Shown piece by piece: positions 1 to 11,927 of a stretch of 64,000 bases of DNA. How positions within the stretch are numbered: the stretch's first letter is position 1; every line of letters begins with the position of its first letter. A program made the translations under genes and the position numbers. The stretch comes from Eledone cirrhosa (lineage: Eukaryota): contig OZ024743.1 in NCBI GenBank assembly GCA_964016885.1, positions 100,006,001-100,070,000 of the forward strand. Reading direction: 5' to 3'. Below the pieces are notes generated by a model. It made no database searches and was not told where the DNA came from. It saw only the letters and a program-made list of their open reading frames with translations.

Positions 1-90
1 AGTGTTGGTGACACAGACATAGTGTTGGTGACACAGAGAGTTTTGGTGACACAGACATAGTGTTGGTGACACAGACATAGTGTTGGTGAC
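1..90. repeat. 20-bp minisatellite (AGTGTTGGTGACACAGACAT), truncated by window start
   Basis: About 4.5 tandem copies visible directly. Confidence 0.9.
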
Positions 91-317
91 ACACACACAT
101 AATCACACACACATACACAGACACATAATCACACACACACATAATCACACATACACACACACATACACATAATCACACATACACGCACACACACATACAT
201 ACACACACACAGACACATAATCACACACACATACACATACACAGACACATAATCACACACATACAGACACATACAGACACACACACACACAGACACATAA
301 TCACACACACATACACA
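91..317. repeat. compound (CA)n / CACATAAT low-complexity repeat
   Basis: Visible directly. Confidence 0.9.
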
Positions 318-477
318 AAGAGGTGAGTGAAAATGTGGAAGTCAGAGAGAGAAAGAGAGAGATAAGGGAATAATGACAGAGCCAAAATTATTTAAGGGAG
401 ATTCGAAAAGAAAGATAACTTCTGCTTTAGAGAATCATTTTTTTGTTGTTGTCATTTTGTCCTGTTTTTAATATTTT

Positions 478-620
478 ACGACCCTTTACAATCTGAATTC
501 AAATCCTGCCAAGGATCATCCTTGTGGGGTCGATAAAATAAAGTACCTGTAATGCACTGGGATTTAATAGACTTTCCCCTCCCCCAAAATTGCTGACCTT
601 GTGCCTAAATCAGAAGCCAA
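478..620 (+). mobile_element. 5'-truncated tRNA-derived SINE (family B)
   Basis: Contains TCTGAATTCAAATCC, GGTCGATAAAATAAAGTACC and GCTGACCTTGTGCCTAAA, matching the fuller copies at 17266-17646. Confidence 0.75.
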
Positions 621-1500
621 TATTCTCCTTCTCATCTGTTCTACTCCAACTGTATTAAAACTTTCAGTCTTTCTCCAGTTACTTTCTTACAACCCTTTTT
701 ACCCCGGAGGTGACTGGGATTTGGAATTTATATTGTTCCTGGAATATTCTGGGATGGAACTGCCAAGTTTCGCGAATATTCTTAGAGAAATGGCAACATT
801 GTTTTGAAACACACAAATGTTATGCTTATTATATACATGTACGATCAGTTTTACATTCATTTTAGCATGCTGGCATGGGTTTGAGGAAGAATTTCCTTTT
901 TGGATGCCCTTCCTGACACCTCTTGCTTGTTTAAGTTAGGAATTGATTTTCACAAGTCAAAACCCTGAGCAGAAAGATCTCTTTTTACATATCACCACCT
1001 GTAAATGGGAAAAGAAGAGATAAACACAGAGACAGATACATATATACAGATACATGTGTGTATGCAGTGGCGGACTGGCTAGGTTGCCAGGTTGCCCAAT
1101 GGTAGCATCACAGGGGCCCACAGTAGCATTACAGGGGCCACTGTAGTATTTTAGAGGCCAATGCTTTGCTTTCAAAAAATACCTGAAATCTAAGAGAAAG
1201 AATAAAATTATTAAAAAGATAAATCTAACTGACATGCAAAAACCTATATATAGGAATAAGGTAAGCCCAAATCATAGTAGATTCAAATATCACAGAGAGA
1301 AAGAGAGAATGAGATGGTGGGGGGGAATGTGGTGCAACAGAAATGAAACATGGATTACAGGTTAAAATATAGTCTAGATATATGGGAAAACAAACGAGGA
1401 TGTAGTTTATGGAACACCCAAATGATTTAGAAGTCATCCTTAAGTAGGAGCAATAACATTAAGAAAGGTATGAACGACACCACAACACTTTGTTTTGAAA

Positions 1501-1806
1501 ATTTTGAAAGTAGGTTTATAAGTATGAATTTTCATAAGGGTTTTGTAGTTGTCTCTGTGGCTTATCGGTAAGTGCTAGAGAAGGTGGGGGTTCTGGTCTT
1601 GGGTTCAATCCTGGTCAAGAGGTACATGTAACCTTTTCAGTTTTTATTTTACAACCCATAGAAAAAACTAAAAAGGTTTACCTGGAACCCTACTAGGATT
1701 GAACTTCAGACCAGAATCACCACCATCTATGATTCTACCAACTAGGCTACAGAGACAACTATAAAAGTACAAAGAAAATTGATAATTATAAACCTACTTT
1801 CAAAAT
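1501..1806. repeat. imperfect inverted repeat with tRNA-like arms (copy 1)
   Basis: ATTTTGAAAGTAGGTTTATAA pairs with TTATAAACCTACTTTCAAAAT. The arms carry a GGTTCAATCC B-box-like motif. Confidence 0.75.
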
Positions 1807-1979
1807 CAAAGTTAAAAAGATGACATTCATGGCTTTCCTAGAGATATTAGTAATATTTAGGGTCAACTTGTCAATCTTCTGGCCCTTTGGTAACAACCTT
1901 ATTATTCCTATGTGTGCTTATTTGTTGAATTAATTTAATTTGATTATTTTAGCAAACAAATAATATATATATATATGTA

Positions 1980-2300
1980 AATATCTTTAAGTCGTTTGGA
2001 AGCCTCGACAATGCAAATGGGTAAATCTCCGGGTAGCAAGATCCGGTGGTGGAGAGAGAGATGTAAGTGGGTGTACGTTGAGATGCGTGGTGTGTATAAG
2101 ATGTGTAGAAGAATGAAGGAAAGAGTATAAAGGATAAAATAAAAATAACAACACGAGAGAGAGTTACCTTGGGAGAGATTTAATTGTCCCTATATATTTC
2201 GGATTCACATCCATCAACTGGGGTTTTATTCCGGGGTGGGGGAAAGGTTGTCTGTCGGAAAGGTGCGAAACATGTCCTCCGCTGTTTGTTGTTTTGAATA
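1980..2300 (-). mobile_element. possible Penelope-like element terminal fragment
   Basis: Bounded by (TA)n. The minus strand has TTGATG-GATGTGAATCC-GAAATATATA, a degenerate hammerhead-like core. No coding evidence. Confidence 0.3.
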
Positions 2301-2364
2301 TCATATATATATATATATATATCATCATCATATATATATATATATATATCATCATCATCATCAT

Positions 2365-3245
2365 ACCTTAAGTAGGCGCAATAACAGGCCATTTCCCTGA
2401 GGGGATATGGGTTCTGTTTTCTCATCTACTTACAAGGACCTTAGTCTTTGTCAGGTTGACTTTGAGACCCTTTCTTTCTAGTCCATGCTTCCATGTTTGG
2501 AATTTCTTCTCTAGTTCCACCATGGATTCAGCTACAAGTGTGAGATCATCCGCATACAGAAGTTCCCATGGGCATCTGGTCTTAAACTCCTCTGTTATAG
2601 CCTGCAAAACTATAATGAACAGAAGAAGGCAAAGGACAGATCCCTGGTGGACACCAACCTCTATGCTAAATTCCTCGCTATAGGTATTGCTAACTCTAAC
2701 TTTGATGACTGCTCCCCTATACAGCTTTCACAAGCGATTCAACTACTCCTAATTTTCTAAGAGCCCACCAGATTATAGCATGGGGGACTCTGTCGAAGGT
2801 TGTTTCCAGATTGACGAATGCCAGGTAGAGGGGCTTACTTTTAGCTAGGTACTTTTCCTGTATATATATATATGATTTACCTTATTAATATATATATATG
2901 TTTTATAGCTAGGTACTTTTCCTGTAAGTGCCTGACAAGGAGGAGGGCATCAGTGGTGCCTTTTCCTGGCACAAACCCAAATTGCATCTCATCTAGTTTC
3001 ACTCGATCCCTAATCAACTGTGCTATAACTCTTTCTGTTATTTTCATGACCTGGTCCATCAGCTTTATACCTCTATAGTTTCCCCTATCTAGTGCATCAC
3101 CTTTACCCTTGTAGCAGTTGACAATGATGCTGCTGCACCAATCCTTTGGTATGAACCCTTCTAGTATTACCTGGTTAACAATACGTGTGGTTATAGTGTG
3201 ACCTACCGACCCAGATGCCTTCAGCATCTCGGCAGCTATACCCAA
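2365..3245 (-). mobile_element. RTE-clade LINE RT fragment (disrupted)
   Basis: Translations KGKGDALDRGNYRGIKL, QFGFVPGKGTTDA and PWELLYADDL; homologous to the copy at 27497-29748. Confidence 0.9.
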
Positions 3246-3280
3246 TGGACATTTATTTAATTTGATTATTTTAGCAAACA

Positions 3281-3317
<37 letters not shown>

Positions 3318-3590
3318 GCCAATTCTTGTAAGTTTGAATCTGACATGCAAAAACATATATATATGAATAAAGAAGCCCAAATCATAGTAGATTGAAATAT
3401 CACAAAGAGAAAGAGAGAGAGGGGAGCAGAAATGAAACATGGATCACAGGTTAAAATATAGTCTAGATAGATGTGAAACAAAATGAGGATGTAGTTTATG
3501 GAACACCCAAATGATTTAGAAGTCAACCTTAAGTAGGAGCAATAACATTAAGAAAGACATGAACGACACCACATCATTTTGTTTTGATAA

Positions 3591-3899
3591 TTTTGGAAGT
3601 AGGTTTATAAGTATGAATTTTCATAAGACTTTTGTAGCTTTCTCTGTGGCCTAGTGGTAGGCACTAGAGCAGGTGGAGATCCTGACCTTGGGTTCAATCC
3701 TGGTCAAGAATGTAATCTTTTTCAGTTTTTATTTTACAACCAATAGAAAAAAACTGAAAAGGCTTACCAGGAACCCTACTCCCGACCAGGATCAAACCTC
3801 AGACCAGCATCACCACCGGCTATGAGACTTCCAGCTAGGCCACTGAGACAGCTACAAAAGTGTAATGAAAATTGATAATTATAAACCTACTTTCAAAAT
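3591..3899. repeat. imperfect inverted repeat with tRNA-like arms (copy 2)
   Basis: Part of the ~650-bp direct repeat 1225-1870 / 3338-3965. A-box-like TGGCCTAGTGG and B-box-like GGTTCAATCC. Confidence 0.75.
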
Positions 3900-4222
3900 C
3901 AAAGTTAAAAAGATGTGGCTTTCCTTGGCTATCCTTGGGCTATTAGTAATATTTAAGGTCGACTTCTGGTCATTATTGAAAGTCTCTGGATTTCGCAAAA
4001 TACTTAATATTTTTTATTGTAGAAGGTAAGATATTTTTCCGCAAATATTTTGTTGCACTGTTTTGTTTCCACTTATGTATATTTTGAAAATGTTAAATAT
4101 TCATTATAAAAATTAAATGATAACATTCTATATCTTCATCTCCTGGCAACCAATAATTTTAGACCCAGTCAACCACGGTGTGTATGTGTATGTGTGCATC
4201 CTCTCTCTCTCTCTCACTTTTC

Positions 4223-4253
<31 letters not shown>

Positions 4254-7087
4254 TATATCATCATCACAATGTATATTTTCAAGTTTTGCTGATACAATGT
4301 TTTGGATTTGGTTTTCTATGGTTACATACCCTTCCTAATGCCATTTACATTACAGCATCTACTGGGAGCTTTTTCATGGTGCCACTACTGCCAACTTACA
4401 AGGTGGACTGTGTACTTTTTGTCATGGCATCAGTTTGACTTAATTAGCAGCTTCGGAAGTACAATACTCTGATAGGTAAAGTGAGAATCAGTATCTCTTG
4501 AATATCATGTGAGTATTTAAACATTTGTTGAGTAACTAAAGGTGACAGTTTTAGGAACAACTACTAATTTGTATTCTTTGCCACCTCCCTCACCTCTCCT
4601 TACCTTTCAATGACCCCTTCCCATTCCCTTGACATCCAGTGCCCCTCTGGAATCTCCCACCACCCTCAAGGGATGGTAGCACCCACTTTGAGAATCAATG
4701 ATCTAAAGTGTCAAATTATTTCATTGTACATCTACAACCTGATCACTGAAGGGAAATATTTTTTTCTCAACATCTTTTAGAAGTAATATAATAGTATAGT
4801 GTGGTTTTAAATAGCTATAATGGCTCTTCAACGATATATTGTGAAGCAGACATGTTGGATCAGTCCCAAAATAAATTATTTTTATTTGGTTTTCAAATTT
4901 CCTGAGGGTGTCATTAGTTTGTTATTCCTCCAATTTAAAATACTGATAGCTATCCTTACTTGATAAATTTGAGAAGTTGTAGTAAATTACAAATCTTTAG
5001 ACACATGTCTTATTTGTTTCACTGAAACTAGATTTGATGGCAAAAATCTGACCAATAAATTCCATCTCTCTTTAACCAGCCCTCCTGATACCAGCCACCA
5101 CTGAAATCGCTCCTGGTTCTGTGACAAAACTGTTTTAAAGTGTCTGTATCTATCTAAGAATGTTCCATCATAATTTTATGTAAGAACATTTATTAATATT
5201 GTTATATTTTGTGATGGTCATATTGCTAGTATTGCCAATAAACAACATATACACTATTTAAATTTCATTTCAGTTTTATTATAAGTTATTAGTTAGTTCA
5301 TTAACTTTAATAATTATTAAAATTCTTTCGTTACACATTCTGTGACCTTGTCAATGGCTATTTGTTTTCCTTTATACCTCCTCTTCTTTCTAGTCATATT
5401 TTGTTTACTTCATCTTGTTTTTCTGTGATATATTTCTCTGTCAGCGCATGTGTTTGTGTCTGTGCCTATGTGTGGTGGGGGTTGTTACTATTGAGTCTCA
5501 GTCTACTCTCTATTATATATGTAGCCTCTTTAATTTGTCTGACTGGTGTGTTGGTTCTATGCATGAACAGGGTCTTTGTATTTATGTTATTTATTGAGCT
5601 CCCAAGTTCAGGAATTTTACAAAACAAACACATAAATGTGACATTTATTGTTACGTTCCAAACTCCAGCTTAATAATGAAACGGTTATTTATGTCACTAA
5701 ATTTGAAAGTCATTGACAGTGTTTTTAATTAGAAATATGGTAATGAAAAGCTTAAAGTGAATGCCTTAAAGAAACCTTTACATATTCAACTGATAGAAAT
5801 AGCACCCAACTCTCTTTCGAATTGCATGCTACTAAAAAAGAAAGAAGACATTGATCATTATACTATATCTGAATAAAAGGCAGGATGGCCATGGCTGGAA
5901 CGCCTTTGATCGCCATAATAACCATGACTAGAATAATTTTAGTCATGGGTTTTCTGAATTAGATTATATAACATGAATTGGTCAGCACCTGATTGTATCC
6001 ACTCCACTAATGTCTTTCTGAATATCCTAAACATTACACAATCTCATTTCCTTTTCCACATTAAGTCTGAAGTTGTATAATCAAGAAAGATTTTATATTC
6101 TTCGAGGTTAACTTACTAAATCGAAAAGCCAATTTCATTGAATGTAAATTTTAAAAGTTCATTTTCCGGATTGCTTGAATAATTTGCTTTCTCTCCACTC
6201 ATAAAATGTCTGTTTCAGATATAAAGATTTTATATTTTGAGTGGCTATTGTCTGTTTCAATTTGTCTGCTCTATACCTATCATATCCACATCTACAATAT
6301 CCAACCACAAAAAGCATTAAGTGATGCTGTTTTATCACGTTTGTTTACATAATTGATTTCTTGAAATCTAGTATTTCAGGAACTCTTTTATTCTTTTATT
6401 CTTTTACTTGTTTCAGTCATTAAACAGCAGTCATGCTGGAGTATCATCTTGGAGAGATTTAGTCTCATACTAGCCCCTAGTACAATATGAGGGGGAGTCT
6501 TCCCTTTTTTATGTTGTTCAATTATAAATTTTCTTTTCAACTCTAAGGAAATTTCTGTTTGAATCCTTGTATAACCTGCAAAAACAGTATATTGTATTAG
6601 GTTAATATTTGAGCAATAAGATCAATAACAAAGTAATTAATATTATGAATTAAACTCACTTGATATTTTGTAACAATATTTATGCCGCACCCTGTATTTT
6701 ATCAATCACTTTTGGTTAAACCACTAAATTATAAGAGAGAAATAAACACAGACTCAGATACACTCATATATATATATATATATATTGATTTAGGAGTTGC
6801 AGAAACCCTATACCGGATTTTACCACCATTTCCGAAGGGTCCGGGTAAATTTTTCAATCATATATTATATTTTGTTTGACCCGAAAATAGCTTGCTCGCT
6901 TTTTGGCTTTGTGGTTAAGGGTTTCACCATTGTCTCAGTGTGTATGGCCTTTTTAACGTATGTTTATTGCTCTAGTTCACTCGTAGCTATCGAGCACTTG
7001 CCACACAGTTAGGAAGTTGTTTTTCGCTAATTTCCACTAGCCGAAATGCGATTCTCGCTAATTTATATTTGTATATATATATATATA

Positions 7088-7420
7088 GGAGTACTGAGTG
7101 CAATGTCAACTCTGGATGTCGGTGAGCATGTCCAGCTAACCTCAGTCTCCTCTGTGTCACTTTTGAGCTGACTTTTGGGATGCTCCCATACAGCTCTGAG
7201 TTTTTCATCCTCAGTGTATACTGATTAATGTTCAGAGCCATCCTCAGCATTCTCGTGTAGCACCCATCCACCATCGGAGGAAGACCAAGGTTAACGTATG
7301 TTGATGCCCTAAGGACAGACACTGGTCTGTTGGAGATGCAGGATATGGCAGCGATAATGAGGGACAGAGACCGCTGGAGAGAACTCGTCCATGGATCTCG
7401 GGAATTTTACCCGCCTTAGA
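7088..7420. mobile_element. 5'-inverted RTE-group LINE 3' fragment
   Basis: 7088-7274 (-) encodes RMLRMALNI..RRLRLAGHAHRHPE. 7275-7420 (+) encodes GGRPRLTYVDALRTDTG..DRDRWRELV, the downstream C-terminus of an RTE-type ORF. Confidence 0.75.
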
Positions 7421-7430
7421 CATATATATA

Positions 7431-7499
7431 TAGAACTGTTTCATTCATTTAATATCATCAGGGATGTGCTGATGATTTCAAATGAATGAAACAATTCTA
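7431..7499. repeat. 31-bp-arm inverted repeat containing hammerhead-like cores
   Basis: Arms 7431-7461 and 7469-7499 differ at 3 positions. Each reads CTGATGA..GAAAC outward. Confidence 0.7.
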
Positions 7500-7519
7500 G
7501 TAATTTCTATAATAATGTG

Positions 7520-7550
<31 letters not shown>

Positions 7551-7555
7551 ACATA

Positions 7556-7710
7556 TGCTTCTGCACAGTTTCTGTCTACCAAATTTCACTTACAAGCATT
7601 GGTCAACCTGAATCTGTAGTAGAAGACACTTGCTCAAGGTACCATGCAGTGAGATTGATCTGGAAATCACATAGTTTTGAAACAAACTCCTTAACCACAC
7701 AGCCATGCTT
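7556..7710 (-). mobile_element. tRNA-derived SINE (family C); more decayed copies at about 7960-8080 and 24670-24810
   Basis: Shared TTTCTGTCTACCAAATTTC..GTAGAAGACAC. The minus strand starts GCATGGCTGTGTGGTTAAG, which is A-box-like. Confidence 0.6.
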
Positions 7711-7770
7711 GTGTCTTACAAAATATAGAATCACTTTTGTTACTTTAAAAACATATTATGCTTATTTAGC

Positions 7771-7890
7771 ACATTAAGTACAGACTACGTGCTGGTCAAA
7801 CTAAAATTATACATTAAGTACAGGCTATGTGCTGGTCAAACTAAAATTTTACATTAAATACAGGCTATGTGCTGGTCAAACTAAAATTAT
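7771..7890. repeat. 40-bp tandem repeat x3
   Basis: ACATTAAGTACAGGCTATGTGCTGGTCAAACTAAAATTAT at 7771, 7811 and 7851. Confidence 0.95.
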
Positions 7891-8306
7891 ATGCAAAAAA
7901 CAAAATTAGTTGTACAGAAATCAAAATACAATAGGAATGTGTTTTAATTTAAGATGATACTCTAGTTTCTGTCTACCCAATTTACTACAAGGCATTGTTT
8001 GAGTCTACAGTAGAAGACTAGATACTGAATAGTAGGATGGAACTAAAAACTACATGGTTACAAAGCAAACTTAATCTCACAGTTGGTAGAATTTCCAGGA
8101 CCTAAACAAAGAGTGTCATCTTGAAAATTTAGTACAGGTACCAAACCATTTACTTGGTTCCTATGAATTTGCAAAATCTAGAAAAACAGCTATTTTTGAA
8201 ACTGGTTGGTGCTACACGGCTGCTGTTTTTTGTTTATTTATTTTTTTGTTTTGTTTTGTTTTCCCATGGTATACAATACCTGTTGCATTACAACACTGCC
8301 ATTATT

Positions 8307-8534
8307 TTAACCTTTTAGCATTTACATTATTCTACATTTACTATTGTATTTTCACGAGAAAAACTTTATCTTACATAATATCTCACATAATATCGAATCT
8401 ATGAGATTTTGATGTTATTTATTTTGAGAACAATACCTTATCATCAGTATGAGTGGCCAGTTACAACTGGTTTGAATAGAATGAGGTGAGAGAATTCTGG
8501 CCTAATACAGCCAGTTTAAGTGCTAAAGGGTTAA
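8307..8534. mobile_element. TTAA-flanked MITE (piggyBac-like ends)
   Basis: TTAA-CCTTTTAGCA ... TGCTAAAGGG-TTAA. A related copy in the opposite orientation lies at 33249-33476. Confidence 0.65.
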
Positions 8535-8789
8535 GTATATATTAAGCTAGCAGCTCTGGGAAATCAGGACCACCTCCATACCCAAGGATACCAGATAAAC
8601 AGTTCAGTATCTGTATTACTGAATGGTTTTCACTACCGTTTCACTGCCGCCACTCAACTACTTCTGATATGCTGTACACTTCTATTTAGAATTAGCTGTT
8701 ATAATTAAGATTGAATGTTAACTCGCATAACTTGAGAAAGAAATCTAATTCACAGCAATCACTACTATTTCTGTTTATTTGTTAACTAG

Positions 8790-8826
8790 TCTCTCTTCCT
8801 CACCTCTCTCTCTCTCTCTCTTCCTC

Positions 8827-8857
<31 letters not shown>

Positions 8858-8882
8858 TCCTTTCACTCATTTAATTCTCTCT
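8790..8882. repeat. (CT)n microsatellite
   Basis: Visible directly. Confidence 0.9.
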
Positions 8883-9121
8883 TGATTTATCAATCTCTTT
8901 GTCCTCCTAGGTAACCATTTATTATGTGCATTTTCAGAAAGACATGCACACAATTAAGTACATCTGACAGCATCTGTACATATTTTAAACAGCACCCCAG
9001 CCCTAACCTCACCACTGACCTATTCTCTAAATTCACCCACTTTAATATTAACCCAATCAAATATGCATTTTATAGTCATACATTGATTGGTGCTTTTTAT
9101 TTCATGAGTAATGCACTTTCA

Positions 9122-9400
9122 ATACATATTGTATATACATATTGTAGATACATATTGTATATACATATTGTATATACATATTGTAGATACATATTGTATA
9201 TACATATTGTAGATACATATTGTATATACATATTGTATATACATATTGTAGATACATATTGTAGATACATATTGTAGATACAATATTGTATATACATATT
9301 GTAGATACATATTGTATATACATATTGTATATACATATTGTATATACATATTGTAGATACATATTGTATATACAATATTGTATATACAATATTGTATATA
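9122..9400. repeat. 13-bp minisatellite ATACATATTGTA(T/G), left block
   Basis: Tandem units visible; the source of the YTICIYNM-type spurious ORFs. Confidence 0.95.
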
Positions 9401-9402
9401 GA

Positions 9403-9930
9403 TAGAAAAACCTGGGACGAGCTGATAAACTCCGACCTCACACACTTACACCTCTCCAAGACAATGTCACTGGACCGAGACCTTTAGCGGTACTCAGTAA
9501 CAGAGAAGACCCGCCTTACCTAAATACATAGTTAAACCTACTACAGCCAGTAGGCATCTCTAACAAAATACCCCACCCCCCACCCCCCCCGTCCCACCAC
9601 CCCCAACCCATCCACGCCACCCCGTTCTATGTAAAGTTGTGTTGGTGCCACACCATCCAGGCCGAAACAAATGAGATCGTGTAGGTGTCACGACAAAAAA
9701 ACACACAGTCCACGCTGTAATGTGGCCGTGTAGGCAACAAGGTAAAAACCTCCCAGACCCACACTGTAAACGTGGTTGGTGTTAGGAAGGGCATCCAACT
9801 GTAGAAAACCTGCCAGACAGTCCTATGCGAGCAAGACAATCACTCTTGCCTCAAGTGGGACTACCCCCGTCCAAACCCATGCAAGCGTGGAACACGGACG
9901 TTAAACGTTGATGATGATGATGATGATGAT
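9403..9930 (+). mobile_element. RTE LINE 3' end with (GAT)n tail, inserted in the minisatellite
   Basis: Matches 29234-29748 (RKTWDELINSDL.., C-rich 3'UTR, GGACGTTAAAC(GAT)n). Confidence 0.9.
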
Positions 9931-10258
9931 ATTGTGGATACATATTGTAGATACATATTGTAGATATATATATTGTATATACATATTGTATATACATATT
10001 GTATATACATATTGTAGATACATATTGTAGATATATATTGTAGATACATATTGTAGATATATATTGTATATACATATTGTATATACATATTGTAGATACA
10101 TATTGTATAGACATATTGTATATACAATATTGTATATACATATTGTAGATACATATTGTAGATACATATTGTATATACATATTGTATATACATATTGTAT
10201 ATACAATATTGTATATACATATTGTATATACATATTCTATATACAATATTGTATATAC
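9929..10258. repeat. 13-bp minisatellite, right block
   Basis: Same unit as 9122-9400. Confidence 0.95.
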
Positions 10259-10369
10259 ACTTTCATTACCATAGAATGTTTAGGAAAAGTAAATGTGACT
10301 GCATTAGTATATGCACAACTCTGGCATATAGCAAACATACACACATATATATATAAATGGAAACAATTC

Positions 10370-11832
10370 CCTTGCCGTGAATTACCGTCCAATCTCACTC
10401 ACCTCTCATATCATTAAGGTATTTGAGAGAGTGGTGAGATCGCGAATGACCCACTTCCTTGAGAGTAACAATATGCTGAACTCCAACCAGCATGGATTCC
10501 GTAATGGAAGGGATTGCCTGACACAGCTACTGCATCACTTTGATGACATTTTGAGAGCCTTGGGAGAGGGTTCCAACACTGATGCTATCTACCTTGATTT
10601 CAGCAAGGCCTTTGACAGGGTTGATCACAACATTCTACTGAGAAAACTGTCCAATATTGGTGTCACTGGAAAGCTGCTGCAGTGGATCAAGAGCTTCCTG
10701 TCAAACAGAACCCAACATGTTGTAGTTGAAGGAGTCAAATCCAGCCCAACCAAAGTCAGTAGTGGGGTCCCACAAGGCACTGTGTTGGGCCCACTTCTCT
10801 TCATCATCTATATTAATGACATCACTGACATCATCAAACACAGCAACATTAAAATTTTCGCTGATGATTCCAAGCTCCAAAAGGTCATCAATGGCGTGGA
10901 TGACCGGATAAGCCTTCAGTCAGACCTACTGGCTGTTATCCAATGGGCGGAAAAGATCAACATGTTACTGAACGAAGACAAATTCGAACTGATCCACTTT
11001 GGAAAAGAGGATGCTCTGAAACTCCCGTACTCCCTTCCCTCCGGGGAAACTCTCGTGGCATCTAACAACATCAGAGACTTGGGAGTAACCGTGGACAGCA
11101 ACATAAGCTGGGCCACGCATATAAGCAGCAAAGTTGACATGGCCCGCAGAATGTGTTCCTGGATCCTCAGAACCTTCCAGTCGAGAGATTCCCACACCAT
11201 TATCCTTCTCTTCTCTACTTTTGCCCGACCACACCTTGAATACTGTTGTCCACTGTGGTCTCCCCACACGAAACAAAGTATCATGAAACTTGAAGCTCCT
11301 CAAAGGGCAATCACGAAAAAGATAGATGGCATGTCAGACCTTGACTACTGGGATCGACTAGAAAAGCTGAAACTTTACTCACTCCAACATCGCCGTGAGC
11401 GTTATATTATCTGCATTATGTGGAAAATGTTCCATCATCACTGCCCAAATGATGTTGGCATCGCCTTCAAAATACACCCAAGGCTTGGGCCCCGTGCTAT
11501 CCGTCCCATACAAAAATCTAAATCGCAACTCATAACAACAATACGGCACAATTATTTCACCTCAATTGGCCCTGCTCTCTTCAACATCACACCAGGACAC
11601 GTCAAAACAGAAACTGACCACACAAAATTCAAGAAGTCTTTGGACAAATTCCTCCAAGTAATCCCGGACAAACCACCCACACCCGGATATGTCTCCGCAA
11701 ACAGTAATTCTCTTCTCGAATGGGCCATGGTGCCCAAATCCTGAATTGAAAGACTTCGCCAGGTGGTGCTATTAAGTTAGACATGGCCTGGGCCAATACT
11801 GGCCAAAACATTTCAAAGTTATTCAAAGTTAT
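10370..11832 (+). mobile_element. 5'-truncated CR1-group LINE with an uninterrupted 455-aa RT ORF (10377-11744)
   Basis: Motifs NYRPISLTS, QHGFR, YLDFSKAFDRV, SGVPQGTVLGPLLF, FADD and RPHLEYC. Short tandem tail TTCAAAGTTA x2. Confidence 0.92.
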
Positions 11833-11927
11833 ATAAACATATACACATACACACAACACATACTTATGTATAAATATTCATCTGTACATATACCTTTATG
11901 TGTGTGTATATATATATATATATATAA

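Larger units (their letters stand above)
1065..4178. mobile_element. non-autonomous hAT-like DNA transposon with internal duplication and nested insertions
   Basis: Left end CAGTGGCGGACTGG and right end CCAGTCAACCACGG form an imperfect TIR; a second right end at 31718 reads CCAGTCCGCCAGTG. An identical 8-bp flank TGTGTATG lies at 1057-1064 and 4179-4186. 8-bp TSDs and CAG ends are typical of hAT. Confidence 0.65.

Noticed and set aside
601-807. 68-aa ORF / possible exon
   Set aside because: Begins in a SINE tail, has no recognisable domain, and splice signals are ambiguous on both strands.
6219-6352. Possible exon after TGTTTCAG
   Set aside because: The open frame runs to a stop with no convincing donor and no recognisable product.
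8924-10417. Cluster of YTICIYNM-type ORFs
   Set aside because: Translations of the 13-bp minisatellite.
10377-11744. Retron, group II intron or DGR reverse transcriptase
   Set aside because: Motifs, 5' truncation and 3' tail are those of a CR1-group non-LTR retrotransposon.
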